This document shows positions 1 through 9,300 of a stretch of 64,000 bases of DNA, piece after piece. The stretch is from Parcubacteria group bacterium Gr01-1014_31 (GTDB lineage Bacteria; Patescibacteriota; Patescibacteriia; Buchananbacterales; GWA2-38-13): positions 156,870 to 220,869 of the forward strand of contig VMFR01000002.1 of the NCBI GenBank assembly GCA_007376135.1. The letters run 5' to 3'. Within the stretch, counting starts at the first letter, position 1. Each line of letters begins with the position of its first letter. Below the pieces are notes generated by a model. The model had not been told where the DNA came from. It worked only from the letters and a program-made list of their open reading frames with translations, and searched no databases. Position numbers and translations under genes: made by a program.

Positions 1-190
1 GAGGAAGGCAGGAGAATAACCCGCCGTAAGCCAACCCAGGAGGCGCGGCAGTTTATTCTTCAGCCGTAGGCAGTGTTCGCGCCATGATTTCGTTGCTTAC
101 CGCCGACGTGCTCGCGGGCTGGAGGCGGGTTTACTCTTTATCTCCGTGGCTTGAATTTTTGGCTCACTACTGCTATCGTGGAGGTGTTTT

Positions 191-1063
191 GTGACGAAGG
201 AAAATCCCGGACAACCCATCGTCGTGCTGGGCGCCGACCACAACGGCGTTGCCCTGAAAGCGGCGGTCAAGCGGCTGCTGACCGATGCTGGTTTTTCGTG
301 CGTGGATATCGGCCCGTACGACGAGGCCAAAGTGGACTACACCGATTTTGCCAGGACCGTCGGTCAGATCGTGCACAACGGCGATGCGCGGTGGGGCGTG
401 CTCATCTGCGGGACGGGCGTAGGGATGAGCATCGGCGCCAACCGTTTCAGCAACGTGCGCGCCGCGCTGGTCCACGATCTGGCAACCGCGGGCAAATCGC
501 GCGAGCACAACGACGCCAACGTCCTGTGTCTGGGCGCCTGGGTGCAGCCCGAGGAAGTGAATCTGGAGATCGCACGTCGCTGGTTTGCGGAAAAGTTCGG
601 CGAATTCCGCCACGTGCCGCGAGTGGAGAAAACGAAACAGGCCGACCGCGCCAAGGTGGTCTTTGCGCCCGGCATTTTCGATGCGGTCCACGCCGGCCAC
701 GTCAAGCTGCTGAAATTCGCCAAATCGCTGGGCGGGAAATTGGTGGTCGGCATCAACTCCGACCGCGCCACCAGTGAGTTGAAGGGTGAAGGGTATCCGG
801 TCAACTCTGAGCAGGACCGCAAGGCGGTGTTGGAATCGTTGGACGTGGTGGATGAGGTCATTGTGTTCGACGACGTCAAGATTCGGGGGGTCATCGACCA
901 GGTGCGTCCCGATATCGTGGTCAAGGGCGGCGAGTTCACCGCCGACCAAGTGCGCGAGCGCGACCATATCCCGCCGGAGATCGAGATCAAGATCTACCCG
1001 CTGGTGCCCGGCTATTCCACGCACGGATTTTTCGAAAAGATCAGCGGGCGGCCCAAGACCTAA
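191..1063 (+). CDS. Fusion protein: N-terminal RpiB/LacA-family sugar-phosphate isomerase plus C-terminal HldE-domain-II-like (cytidylyltransferase-fold) nucleotidyltransferase
   Basis: N-terminal ~150 aa carry RpiB motifs (VLGADHNG, ICGTGVGMSIGANR). C-terminal ~140 aa carry a nucleotidyltransferase HxGH motif (GIFDAVHAGHVKLL) and VGINSDRATSELKGEGYPVNSEQDR, resembling the heptose-1-P adenylyltransferase half of HldE. GTG start at 191. Confidence 0.75.
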   Translation: MTKENPGQPIVVLGADHNGVALKAAVKRLLTDAGFSCVDIGPYDEAKVDYTDFARTVGQIVHNGDARWGVLICGTGVGMSIGANRFSNVRAALVHDLATAGKSREHNDANVLCLGAWVQPEEVNLEIARRWFAEKFGEFRHVPRVEKTKQADRAKVVFAPGIFDAVHAGHVKLLKFAKSLGGKLVVGINSDRATSELKGEGYPVNSEQDRKAVLESLDVVDEVIVFDDVKIRGVIDQVRPDIVVKGGEFTADQVRERDHIPPEIEIKIYPLVPGYSTHGFFEKISGRPKT

Positions 1064-1068
1064 ACGCT

Positions 1069-2046
1069 ATGGCAAGGGTGCATTCCCACACGTTGCCGGA
1101 ATTACTTGCCCGTCGGCGCGTCCTCGTGGTTGGGGACGCGATTTTGGATGTCGCCTATCATGGCCGCGCGCTGGGTCCGTCGGTGGAAAATCCCGCGGTC
1201 ACCACCTACGCGAACGAACGCATTGCCTACTCCTACGGCGGCGCCAGCCTGGTGGCGCGCAATCTGCTGGCGCTGGGCGCGGCGGCGGACTACGTGACCG
1301 TGCTGGGCGATGATGCGAATTTGGAGAAGTGCCGCGCGTTCTCCTACCCGCGGCTGCGTTTCAACACCAAGGTGATTGAATCGGGCCGGGTGAATACCGT
1401 GAAAGAACGGTTCTGGGCCGGCAGCACGCTGGTGTTCAAATGGGATTTCCGCGATGACCGCGACATCGGCGCAGGAGCGCAGCGCAAAATGCTTTCCGCG
1501 GTACGCCAACGGCTGCGCGGCGCAGTGGCGCTGGTCATCGCCGACAACCGCCACGGCGTGCTGGCCGGCGCGGTCATTCCACAGTTGCTCGCCGCGGCCA
1601 AGCGCGCCAAGGTCCCGGTGTACGTGGATTCGCAGGTGACCGCGTCGCGGCCAAGCAACCATCAAAGCTACCGGGGCGCGGACGTCATCTGCCTCAACCT
1701 GAAAGAAGCCCAGGCGGTGTCTCCGGCGTTCCAGCCAGAGCGCGCCGAGCAGGATTTGTGGGAGATCGCCGAGAACTTGGGAGCCACCACGGTCGTCGTC
1801 AAACTCGGCGAACAGGGTTCCGTTGCTCTGGCGAACGGGGAATTCATCAGAACTCCCGCCTTCCGCGTTTCCGCCATGGATGCGGTTGGCGCCGGGGATG
1901 CGTTCATCGCGGCACTGGCAGCAGCGCACGGCACTTCTTGGGTAACAGCGCTGGCGTTCGCCAACCGCTGGGCCGCGCTGTCCACGACCGTGCGCGGGCC
2001 AAATCCCCCAACATTGGAAGCATTTCGTCAATCGCTTGCCGATTGA
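1069..2046 (+). CDS. PfkB-family carbohydrate kinase (HldE domain I-like, sugar-7-phosphate kinase)
   Basis: PfkB signature DAVGAGDAF near C-terminus and an N-terminal GD...LD..Y motif. Starts 5 bp after the upstream stop. Confidence 0.75.
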   Translation: MARVHSHTLPELLARRRVLVVGDAILDVAYHGRALGPSVENPAVTTYANERIAYSYGGASLVARNLLALGAAADYVTVLGDDANLEKCRAFSYPRLRFNTKVIESGRVNTVKERFWAGSTLVFKWDFRDDRDIGAGAQRKMLSAVRQRLRGAVALVIADNRHGVLAGAVIPQLLAAAKRAKVPVYVDSQVTASRPSNHQSYRGADVICLNLKEAQAVSPAFQPERAEQDLWEIAENLGATTVVVKLGEQGSVALANGEFIRTPAFRVSAMDAVGAGDAFIAALAAAHGTSWVTALAFANRWAALSTTVRGPNPPTLEAFRQSLAD

Positions 2047-2090
2047 TCCGGTTCCCTAATTCCGTATTCCAAATTCCTCATTCCCCGTTT

Positions 2091-2861
2091 ATGTACGGTT
2101 ACGACGCCAGTAAACTGGAACAGTTCATCACCGCGCCGCGGGAGCAGCCGGCCGATTTCGGCGTACAGCGCGACATCGTCGCCACGCCCCACTACTCGAT
2201 GCGGCAGTTTGCTCTCAAGGCCGGCGGCGTTCTGCCGCCCCGCCAGCATGAGCGGCCAGTGACCTTGTACGTGGAAACGGGCGTAGTCTCGGTGATTTCC
2301 GGCACCGGCGAGGTTTCCGTACCGGCCGGGAAGCTGATTGAAATCCCCGCAGGAAATACCTACGCTGTGGAAGCTAAGGCACCGTCGGTGGTCTATAGTT
2401 TTGCCTATCCAAATCATTCCGGCGAACGTATACTGAAAGAGCGCGGCGGGAAGTCCGCACCGCTGACGACCCAGGAACCGGCTGACCGGCGGGAAAAGTA
2501 TTGGGGCGATATCTGCACCATCGCCAGCGAGGAGGTCGCCGGCAAGCGCCTGTTCCTGAAAGCCGGCAGCCATGGTTCGATGGAGTTCCACGTCCGCAAG
2601 CACGAAAGCTACTACGTGCATTCGGGGGAACTGGCGCTGCTGCTGCGCGCCGGCCGGGCCGAGAACCGCCTCTTCCGCGTTCCTGCGGGCAAAGCCGTGG
2701 CGATGCCGCCGGGCCTGATGCACCAGCGCGGAGCGATCCTGGATACCGTGTTGCTCGAGATTTCCACCCGCGACGAGGACAGCGATTCGTTCCTGGTGGA
2801 AGATGGCGCCGTTTCGCCGATGAAAGGATTCAATGAACTTATCAAAGAACTTAGTATCTAG
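2091..2861 (+). CDS. Bicupin-domain protein (putative sugar-phosphate isomerase/epimerase)
   Basis: Two cupin-like beta-barrel segments (GVVSVISGTGEV..., FHVRKHESYYVHSGELALL). Start chosen at MYGYD (2091) inside the longer ORF 1758..2861. Confidence 0.55.
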   Translation: MYGYDASKLEQFITAPREQPADFGVQRDIVATPHYSMRQFALKAGGVLPPRQHERPVTLYVETGVVSVISGTGEVSVPAGKLIEIPAGNTYAVEAKAPSVVYSFAYPNHSGERILKERGGKSAPLTTQEPADRREKYWGDICTIASEEVAGKRLFLKAGSHGSMEFHVRKHESYYVHSGELALLLRAGRAENRLFRVPAGKAVAMPPGLMHQRGAILDTVLLEISTRDEDSDSFLVEDGAVSPMKGFNELIKELSI

Positions 2862-2884
2862 CACTTAGTATTTAGTACAGGCCT

Positions 2885-3547
2885 ATGCAAGCTTTCCTTG
2901 ATTCCGCCAATTTGGAGGAGGTGAAGATCGCCCTCAGCAAGGGCTGGCTGCGCGGCATTACCACCAACCCGACCATCATGGCCCGCGAGCCAAAGACCAA
3001 CTACGCCGGGCATATCCAAAAGATCGCCGACCTGTGCCAGGAAGCCAATCAACCCGTGTCGTTGAGCATAGAAGTGTTCGCGCGCGATGCGGCCGGCATG
3101 CTGCAGCAGGCGCGCGAGTTCGTCAAAGAGGTCCGCTACCCGAGCCTCGCCATCAAGATCCCCGTCGCGCCGGAAACCATGGGGGTCATCGCCGCCCTGG
3201 CGGGCGAGGGCGTGCGCGTCAACGTAACGTGCGGGGTGACGTCCGGCCAGGGGGCGTTGGCCGCCGCTGCGGGCGCGACGTTCTACTCCTTGTTCTTCCA
3301 CCGCATCAAGGATCTCGGCACGGACGCGGCGCAGACCGTGCGGGACACCAAAACTTTGATCGCCGGGAGCGGCACGCAGATCATTTGCGGCAGCATCCGC
3401 AACGTCGACGATATCCTGGAGTGTTCACTGGCCGGGAGCGACATCGTGACGGCTCCGCTAAAGCTGTGGGAGGAAATGGCGCATCACGCCAAGTCGGTGG
3501 AGTGGAACGAGAAGTTTTTGCAGGATTTCGCGGCCTGGATCAAGTAA
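2885..3547 (+). CDS. Transaldolase / fructose-6-phosphate aldolase family (TalC/FSA-type, ~220 aa)
   Basis: DSANLEE...GITTNPT N-terminal motif and the typical ~220-aa length of FSA/TalC. Confidence 0.8.
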   Translation: MQAFLDSANLEEVKIALSKGWLRGITTNPTIMAREPKTNYAGHIQKIADLCQEANQPVSLSIEVFARDAAGMLQQAREFVKEVRYPSLAIKIPVAPETMGVIAALAGEGVRVNVTCGVTSGQGALAAAAGATFYSLFFHRIKDLGTDAAQTVRDTKTLIAGSGTQIICGSIRNVDDILECSLAGSDIVTAPLKLWEEMAHHAKSVEWNEKFLQDFAAWIK

Positions 3548-3553
3548 CCTCCC

Positions 3554-4228
3554 ATGCTGGAAGCTATCAAAGACCGGGTCTGGCGGGCCTGCCAACGGCT
3601 GGTGGTCGTCAACCTGGTCATCCAAACCGAAGGGAACGTGTCCGAGCGCACGCCGGATGGGCGGTTTTTCGTCATCAAACCCTCGGGCGTGCCATACGCC
3701 GAGCTGCAGCCCGACCATTTCGTGGTGGTGGACCTGGAGGGCCGCGTTCGGGAAGGCAAGCTCAAGCCATCCACCGACACCCCGACGCATCTTGAGATCT
3801 ACCGCCGCCGGCCGGACATCGGCGCCATCTGCCACACCCATTCACCGTACGCGTCCGCCTGGGCGCAGATGGGCACGCCGCTCCCCTGCTTTGGGACGAC
3901 GCATGCGGACGCGTTCGGCGGCGCCGTGCCCGTCACGCGATTGCTGACGCCCGCTGAAGTGGTCGAGGGTTACGAGCGCGCCATCGGACGCGTGATTTCC
4001 GAGGTTTTGCCGCCGACCGCGCGTGCGGTGCTGGTCGCCGGCCATGGGCCCTTCGCGTTCGGCGAGAATGGGCTGGAGGCGGTGCGCTACGCCGAGATCC
4101 TGGAGAAGGTTGCGATGATGGCGACGGTCAATCCTCCCGCCCGGCCGCTGCCCGCCCACATTCTGCGCAAGCACTACGACCGCAAGCACGGCGCGGGCCG
4201 CTACTACGGACAGGAGGTTGAACGGTAA
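3554..4228 (+). CDS. Class II aldolase/adducin-family protein (L-ribulose-5-P 4-epimerase / L-fuculose-P aldolase-like)
   Basis: GNVSER, IKPSG and HTHSPYA motifs typical of the AraD/FucA fold. Confidence 0.75.
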   Translation: MLEAIKDRVWRACQRLVVVNLVIQTEGNVSERTPDGRFFVIKPSGVPYAELQPDHFVVVDLEGRVREGKLKPSTDTPTHLEIYRRRPDIGAICHTHSPYASAWAQMGTPLPCFGTTHADAFGGAVPVTRLLTPAEVVEGYERAIGRVISEVLPPTARAVLVAGHGPFAFGENGLEAVRYAEILEKVAMMATVNPPARPLPAHILRKHYDRKHGAGRYYGQEVER

Positions 4229-4271
4229 ATACATAAGGTGCCATGCGAGCGCACGGCACCCCGGTCGCCGC

Positions 4272-4961
4272 CTAACGGGCGGCTATTTTTTTTACTATCA
4301 TCATTGGTTCCCGTGGCGCGCCGGACGGTATCACCAAGTCGGCGGCGGAAAAATTTTGCCCTTCGGTCAGCACGCTGGGCAGGGCGACGACCCGCAGGCC
4401 GGCGGCATGCGCTGCCGTGACGCCGTGCTCGGTATCCTCGAACGCCAGGCACTCGGCCGCGGGAATACCCAGTTGCCGGACAGCCTCTAGGTAGAGGTCG
4501 GGCGCGGGTTTACGCTTCAGCCCGGGATAATTTTGGAACGCGACGACAAATTGGAAAAAACCTGTCAGTCCTGCCGCGGCGAGATTTTCATCCGTGTCCT
4601 GCTGGATGGAGTTGGTCGCCGCAATACGCGGCATCTTCGGATAGGCGCGGGCAAAATTCCGTGCCAGCGCGACGTTCTCCGCCAGGACCGAAATGCCGCT
4701 TGACCGCAGCTGGCGGTAGATTTCGCGCCGCCGCAGGTTGAGCGCTGCATGGTCGCCGCTCATTTGTTTGCGGGTGCAGATGTCGGCCATGTTCTCGGTG
4801 CTCCCGCGCCCAATGAAGGGCAAGTATTCTTCCAGGGCCAGCGTCGCGCCGTGCTCGGCCAGTAGTTTCTGCCAGGCGGAAAAATGCAGTTGTTCGGTGT
4901 CGACCAGCACCCCGTCGATGTCGAATACCAGCGCTTGGACTGTACCGCTTGCCTTGGTCAT
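4272..4961 (-). CDS. HAD-IA family hydrolase (beta-phosphoglucomutase-like phosphatase)
   Basis: FDIDGVLVDTE motif I, a downstream K and a DD motif. Start set at MTKASG. Confidence 0.75.
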   Translation of the reverse strand: MTKASGTVQALVFDIDGVLVDTEQLHFSAWQKLLAEHGATLALEEYLPFIGRGSTENMADICTRKQMSGDHAALNLRRREIYRQLRSSGISVLAENVALARNFARAYPKMPRIAATNSIQQDTDENLAAAGLTGFFQFVVAFQNYPGLKRKPAPDLYLEAVRQLGIPAAECLAFEDTEHGVTAAHAAGLRVVALPSVLTEGQNFSAADLVIPSGAPREPMMIVKKIAAR

Positions 4962-5128
4962 ACTCGCCCCGTTGAACAAATTTAATAGCTACTCTGGTAG
5001 CCGCCTTCTCGTTGCGATACTATGAATACTGTGTTATCGTTCCATTCTTGTTGTCCCGGCGCACGTATTTTGTACAACGGGGTTATGATGGTAGAGTACG
5101 GTACTTATTCCTTGGATGCAACCGCACT

Positions 5129-5632
5129 ATGGTAGCAGAAAAACGGCAGACCATCGACCAACTGGCGAAGGTCGTTGCCGACCTCAAACGCGCGGGCAAG
5201 ACCGTCGTGACGACCAACGGCGTATATGACGTGCTGCATGTGGGTCACGTCCGGCTACTGGAGCAGGCAAAAAATCTGGGCGACGCGCTGGTGGTGCTGC
5301 TAAACTCCGACCGCTCCACGCGCGAGCTGAAGGGCGAAAAGCGCCCCATTGTTCCCGAGGACGAACGGGCGGAAATGGTGGCCGCGCTCGGGTGTGTGGA
5401 TTACGTCGCGATTTTTGACGACCTGCGGCCGGACGCGGCGCTGGGAAAACTCGCGCCGCAGGTGCACGTGAAAGGCGGCGACTACACGCCCGCCCAGATC
5501 CAGCCGGGCGAACGCGCGACCATTGAAGGCGGCGGCGGCAAGGTCGTCGTACTCCCGTTGACCCCCGGCCGGTCGGTGAGCGACCTGGTGGAAAAGATCC
5601 TGGCCACGGCGCCCCGAAAAGTAAAAAGTTAA
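5129..5632 (+). CDS. HldE-domain-II-like nucleotidyltransferase (heptose-1-phosphate adenylyltransferase-like), second paralog
   Basis: NGVYDVLHVGHVRLL HxGH motif, LNSDRSTRELKGEKRPIVPEDER and VHVKGGDYTP. ATG at 5129 inside ORF 5012..5632. Confidence 0.75.
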   Translation: MVAEKRQTIDQLAKVVADLKRAGKTVVTTNGVYDVLHVGHVRLLEQAKNLGDALVVLLNSDRSTRELKGEKRPIVPEDERAEMVAALGCVDYVAIFDDLRPDAALGKLAPQVHVKGGDYTPAQIQPGERATIEGGGGKVVVLPLTPGRSVSDLVEKILATAPRKVKS

Positions 5633-5695
5633 AATGCAAAAGGCAAAAAGTTCAAGTCAAAAGTAATAATTTTTTGATTTTTTGACCTTTGTCCC

Positions 5696-6820
5696 TTGAA
5701 TTCTTCTCTCATGTTCCATTTGCAACGCGCGTGGCTGCTGCTGCAGACTTTGGCGGCGTCATTCCGTCACCGACCTCCCGCGGCCGCAAAAAATATCCTG
5801 GTGCTGACCACAGGCAAGCTGGGCGACCTGGTGTGCCTGACGTCCGTGTTTGGCGCGGTTGGCCGCCAGCTGCGCACCACGGTCGATGTCGTTGCCAATC
5901 GCTTCGGCCCGGAGCTGTTCACCGGCAACCCCTCCATCGGTACCGTCTGGGTGCTCAATACGACATCACCATCGGCGCTGGCGGCGCGGCAGTACAGCCA
6001 TGCCGTCATGCTCAACCCGAATCCCGAGCTGGTTGCTCTGGCCGTGCGTGCGGGTATCCCCCATCGCATCGGCATCAGCACCCCGCGGGAGAATTTTTGG
6101 ACCAGGATCTTTGAACGGTTTCTGCGGGAGCGGTACGTCTATGGGTACGACCAACAGCAGGTACCCGAGTTCAGCCAGCGGCTGTTTGCCACCTTGGGCG
6201 TCCAGCCGGAACCGGAGCGGCGCGAATTGTTCCCGTCCGACGCCGACCGGCGCAACGCAGCGTCATTCTGGCAGCAGCACGCGCTTGACGGGCAGACGGT
6301 CGTGGCCATATGCCTGGGCGCCGGTAAGGCCTATAAACTATGGCCGGTCGAACGTTTCGCGGAAGTCGCCGACCATCTGATCGAGCACTATCGCGCAAAA
6401 ATATTGCTGGTTGGGAGCGGCGGGGATAAGGAACGGTCGGCGGCAATGGCGGCAGCAGTCATTCATCGCGAAGCGGTGGTGGATGCGACCGGGCAGTTCA
6501 AGTTGCTGGAGCTCGCCGCGGTCGTGCAGCCGTGCAAGCTGTTCATTGCCGCGGATACCGGTCCACTGCACGTCGCCGACACCATGAAGGTACCGGTGGT
6601 GGATATCGCCGGGCCCGCCGACTGCGTCACGCAGCATCCTATCTACCGGTACAAGATCCTGCACCCGCAGGGGAAAGAGCAGTACGGCGAGATGGCCGTC
6701 GCCTTCCATTCCGGTTCCGAGCATGAAGAGCGCTACGCTAAAATGGCGGGTGCGGTTACCGTGCAACAGGTGACCGACGCGATTGGCCAGCTTATCGGCG
6801 ATGGAGAACGTCGTAAGTAA
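5696..6820 (+). CDS. Glycosyltransferase family 9 (ADP-heptose:acceptor heptosyltransferase-like)
   Basis: GT9 motifs: N-terminal KLGDLV and C-terminal ADTGPLHVA. Alternative start at 5711. Confidence 0.75.
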   Translation: MNSSLMFHLQRAWLLLQTLAASFRHRPPAAAKNILVLTTGKLGDLVCLTSVFGAVGRQLRTTVDVVANRFGPELFTGNPSIGTVWVLNTTSPSALAARQYSHAVMLNPNPELVALAVRAGIPHRIGISTPRENFWTRIFERFLRERYVYGYDQQQVPEFSQRLFATLGVQPEPERRELFPSDADRRNAASFWQQHALDGQTVVAICLGAGKAYKLWPVERFAEVADHLIEHYRAKILLVGSGGDKERSAAMAAAVIHREAVVDATGQFKLLELAAVVQPCKLFIAADTGPLHVADTMKVPVVDIAGPADCVTQHPIYRYKILHPQGKEQYGEMAVAFHSGSEHEERYAKMAGAVTVQQVTDAIGQLIGDGERRK

Positions 6821-6874
6821 TGCGGCGGCCGTTCGAGTACTTACTTCTTAGCACTTAGTACTTACCACACCGAA

Positions 6875-7654
6875 ATGCGCTTCGACATCATCACCATTTT
6901 TCCGAATCTCTTTGCTTCCTATCTGGAGGAAACTATCATTGCGCGCGCCATCCGCAAAAAATCGCTGCGCGTGAATCTGGTGGACCTGCGCCGTTTTGCG
7001 AAAGCTGGCGACGCCCACCGCAGCGTGGACGGCCGTCCGTACGGCGGCGGACCGGGAATGATACTCATGGTGGAACCCATCGCTAAAGCCCTTCGGGCTT
7101 TACGAATCAAGAATCAAGAATCAAGAATCAAGGGATCGGATTGGCCCACCGCCTCTCCCCTTGTGGGAGAGGCCCGCCGCGGGGTGAGGGGGCGATCGAA
7201 GGCCCGCGTTGTGATGCTCTCTCCTGATGGCAAGCCATTCACCCAGCGGGAGGCCGAACGGTTGAGCAAGTACGACCGTCTTGTTCTCCTCTGCGGACGT
7301 TACGAGGGGTTTGATGCGCGCACGGTTAAACTTGTGGATGAGAAGCTTTCCATCGGCCCGTACGTGCTCGCCGGCGGTGAATTGCCCGCGATGGTGGTGC
7401 TGGAAGCCGTGGCGCGGCATGTGCCGGGCGTGGTCGGGCACCCCGAGGCGCTGAAGGAGGAAACTTTTTCCCAGGGTATGGACTACGTCGAGTATCCGCA
7501 GTACACGCGCCCGGAAAAATTTGTTCCGGCGGGTCTTCGACTCCGAGGCTCAGACTCGAGGAGCAAGCGTGGGGCGGCATGGCGCGTGCCAAAAATTCTG
7601 CTCTCCGGCGACCACAAAAAGATTGCCGCCTGGCGGCAGGCAAGGACCAAGTAA
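6875..7654 (+). CDS. trmD: tRNA (guanine37-N1)-methyltransferase TrmD, with two in-frame low-complexity insertions
   Basis: MRFDIITIFP..., YGGGPGM and LLCGRYEGFD motifs. An insertion of roughly 20-35 aa between PIAKAL and MLSPDGKPF is encoded by the tandem repeat (gaatcaa)x4 plus a palindrome. Confidence 0.9.
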   Translation: MRFDIITIFPNLFASYLEETIIARAIRKKSLRVNLVDLRRFAKAGDAHRSVDGRPYGGGPGMILMVEPIAKALRALRIKNQESRIKGSDWPTASPLVGEARRGVRGRSKARVVMLSPDGKPFTQREAERLSKYDRLVLLCGRYEGFDARTVKLVDEKLSIGPYVLAGGELPAMVVLEAVARHVPGVVGHPEALKEETFSQGMDYVEYPQYTRPEKFVPAGLRLRGSDSRSKRGAAWRVPKILLSGDHKKIAAWRQARTK

Positions 7655-7792
7655 TGGTTGTCAATATCGCCCCGGGAAGCCCGGGGGCGTTCTTATTGAC
7701 GCGGCACGGCGGCCCTGCTAAGGTAGGGCCGTTTGTCGTTTCTTCGTGTTCCTTGAATTTCACAACAACCTCTTTGAAGGGAGGATATCCGC

Positions 7793-9196
7793 ATGAGCGA
7801 TGCACCGTGCATCGGGATCGTCGGCGCCTTCGGCGGCGACGAGGGCAAGGGCAAAGTGGTGGATGTGCTGGCGCAGAACGCCGGCTGCGTCGTGCGTTGC
7901 GAGGGCGGCGCCAACGCCGGCCATACCATTCGGCTGGAGGACCTGTTGTTCATCGGGCATCTGTTGCCGAGCGGCGCTGCGGCCGGCACGCTGTGCGCGA
8001 TCGCCCGCGGCGTGCGCGTGGACCCGATGCAGCTGCTGCAGGAAGTCGGCAGTTATACCGCGCCGGGTGCTGGCGGGAAGTGCCGAACGCTCGCGCTCCT
8101 CGTGGACGAAGGGGCGGCGTTGTCGCTGCCGTGGCACGTCAAGCTCGAAGAGTACTTCGAGCGCGTCAAGGAAAAGCGCGTGCGCGGAACTGGCAGCACA
8201 CGACGCGGCATGGGGCCCATCGCCGCCACCGCGGCGTTGCGGCTCAACCCGCGGGTCGGCCTCCTGACGCGGCCCGAGGAACTGCGACAGTGGTTGGACG
8301 ACTTCTTCGAGGCGTTCCATCCTCTGCTGGCTGAAGCCGGCAACACCGTCACGCCTGCGGCGCTCGCCGAGCTGCTGGCGGGTCATGGGGCGCAGCTTGC
8401 CCCCTACGTCGGCGACGTGCGCGCGCGTGTCGAACAGGTCTGGCGCGGCGGCGACCCCGTCGTGCTGGAAGGCGCCCAGGGTATGATCCTGGACCCGTAC
8501 TGGGGCACGTACCCCTACACCACGCAGGGCATGTGCACCTTCGCCGGCCTGCTGCAGGGCTGCGGGCTGCCGGTCTCCGCGCTGACCGACCGCATCGGCG
8601 TTTGCAAGGCGATCGCCACCCGCGTGGGCAACGGGCCTTTCCCGTCCGAGCTGGGCGACCCGGCAAAGCTCGCTGCCGAGCCCAAGGTCGTGGACGCCGA
8701 CCTGGATGCGTTCGCCCGCGAGATGCTCACCAAGATCAACGCCGGCCATGCCTCCGACCAGGAGCTGGGCTTCTACCTGCGCGTGCGCGCCGACGAGTAC
8801 GGCGCCACGACCGGCCGCCACCGCCGCACCGGGTGGCTGGATGGCGCATGGCTGGAGTACTTCGCAGCCGTCAACGATCCCACCGCGCTGGCGTTGACCA
8901 AGCTCGACTGTCTGGGCGGTCTGCGCGAGGTCAAGATCGTGGTCGCCTACGAGCTGGACGGCCGCCATCTGCCGCCGGGCACCGTGCCGGCGCTGGCGTC
9001 GGACTACGCGCGCGTGCGCCCCGTCTACCAGACGCTGCCAGGCTGGAGCGAAGACATCAGCGACGTCACCCGGTTTGACGCCCTGCCCGCCGAGGCCCGC
9101 GCCTACGTCGAACTGGTGGAGGAGATCGCCAACTGTCCGATAGGGTGGATCGGTACCGGACCCCTTCGCCGACAGCTCATCATCCGGCCGCACTGA
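7793..9196 (+). CDS. purA: Adenylosuccinate synthetase
   Basis: GDEGKGKVVD P-loop, GPxYxxKxxR-like segments and TKLD. Confidence 0.9.
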   Translation: MSDAPCIGIVGAFGGDEGKGKVVDVLAQNAGCVVRCEGGANAGHTIRLEDLLFIGHLLPSGAAAGTLCAIARGVRVDPMQLLQEVGSYTAPGAGGKCRTLALLVDEGAALSLPWHVKLEEYFERVKEKRVRGTGSTRRGMGPIAATAALRLNPRVGLLTRPEELRQWLDDFFEAFHPLLAEAGNTVTPAALAELLAGHGAQLAPYVGDVRARVEQVWRGGDPVVLEGAQGMILDPYWGTYPYTTQGMCTFAGLLQGCGLPVSALTDRIGVCKAIATRVGNGPFPSELGDPAKLAAEPKVVDADLDAFAREMLTKINAGHASDQELGFYLRVRADEYGATTGRHRRTGWLDGAWLEYFAAVNDPTALALTKLDCLGGLREVKIVVAYELDGRHLPPGTVPALASDYARVRPVYQTLPGWSEDISDVTRFDALPAEARAYVELVEEIANCPIGWIGTGPLRRQLIIRPH

Positions 9197-9228
9197 ATTT
9201 CGCGGTCTCCCGTCCATTCCCGTTCCCC

Positions 9229-9258
9229 AGACCCCCGAGCACTCGCTTGGGGGCTTTT
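9229..9258 (+). terminator. Rho-independent terminator after purA
   Basis: cccccgagcactcgcttgggggc stem followed by a T-run. Confidence 0.55.
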
Positions 9259-9300
9259 TTTGGCTAATTTTCATGGGTCCGCCGCGGATGGTGCCATACT

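Noticed and set aside
151-1024. Overlapping ORFs 151..777(+), 173..1024(-) and 364..990(-) across the RpiB-fusion gene
   Set aside because: Alternative-frame and antisense artefacts of a GC-rich coding region. Only the 191..1063 frame has recognisable motifs.
2858-6874. Possible CIRCE (HrcA operator) in the tagcacttagta motifs
   Set aside because: CIRCE requires TTAGCACTC-N9-GAGTGCTAA. Here the second half is agtactta/agtattta at the wrong spacing, so it is not a CIRCE element.
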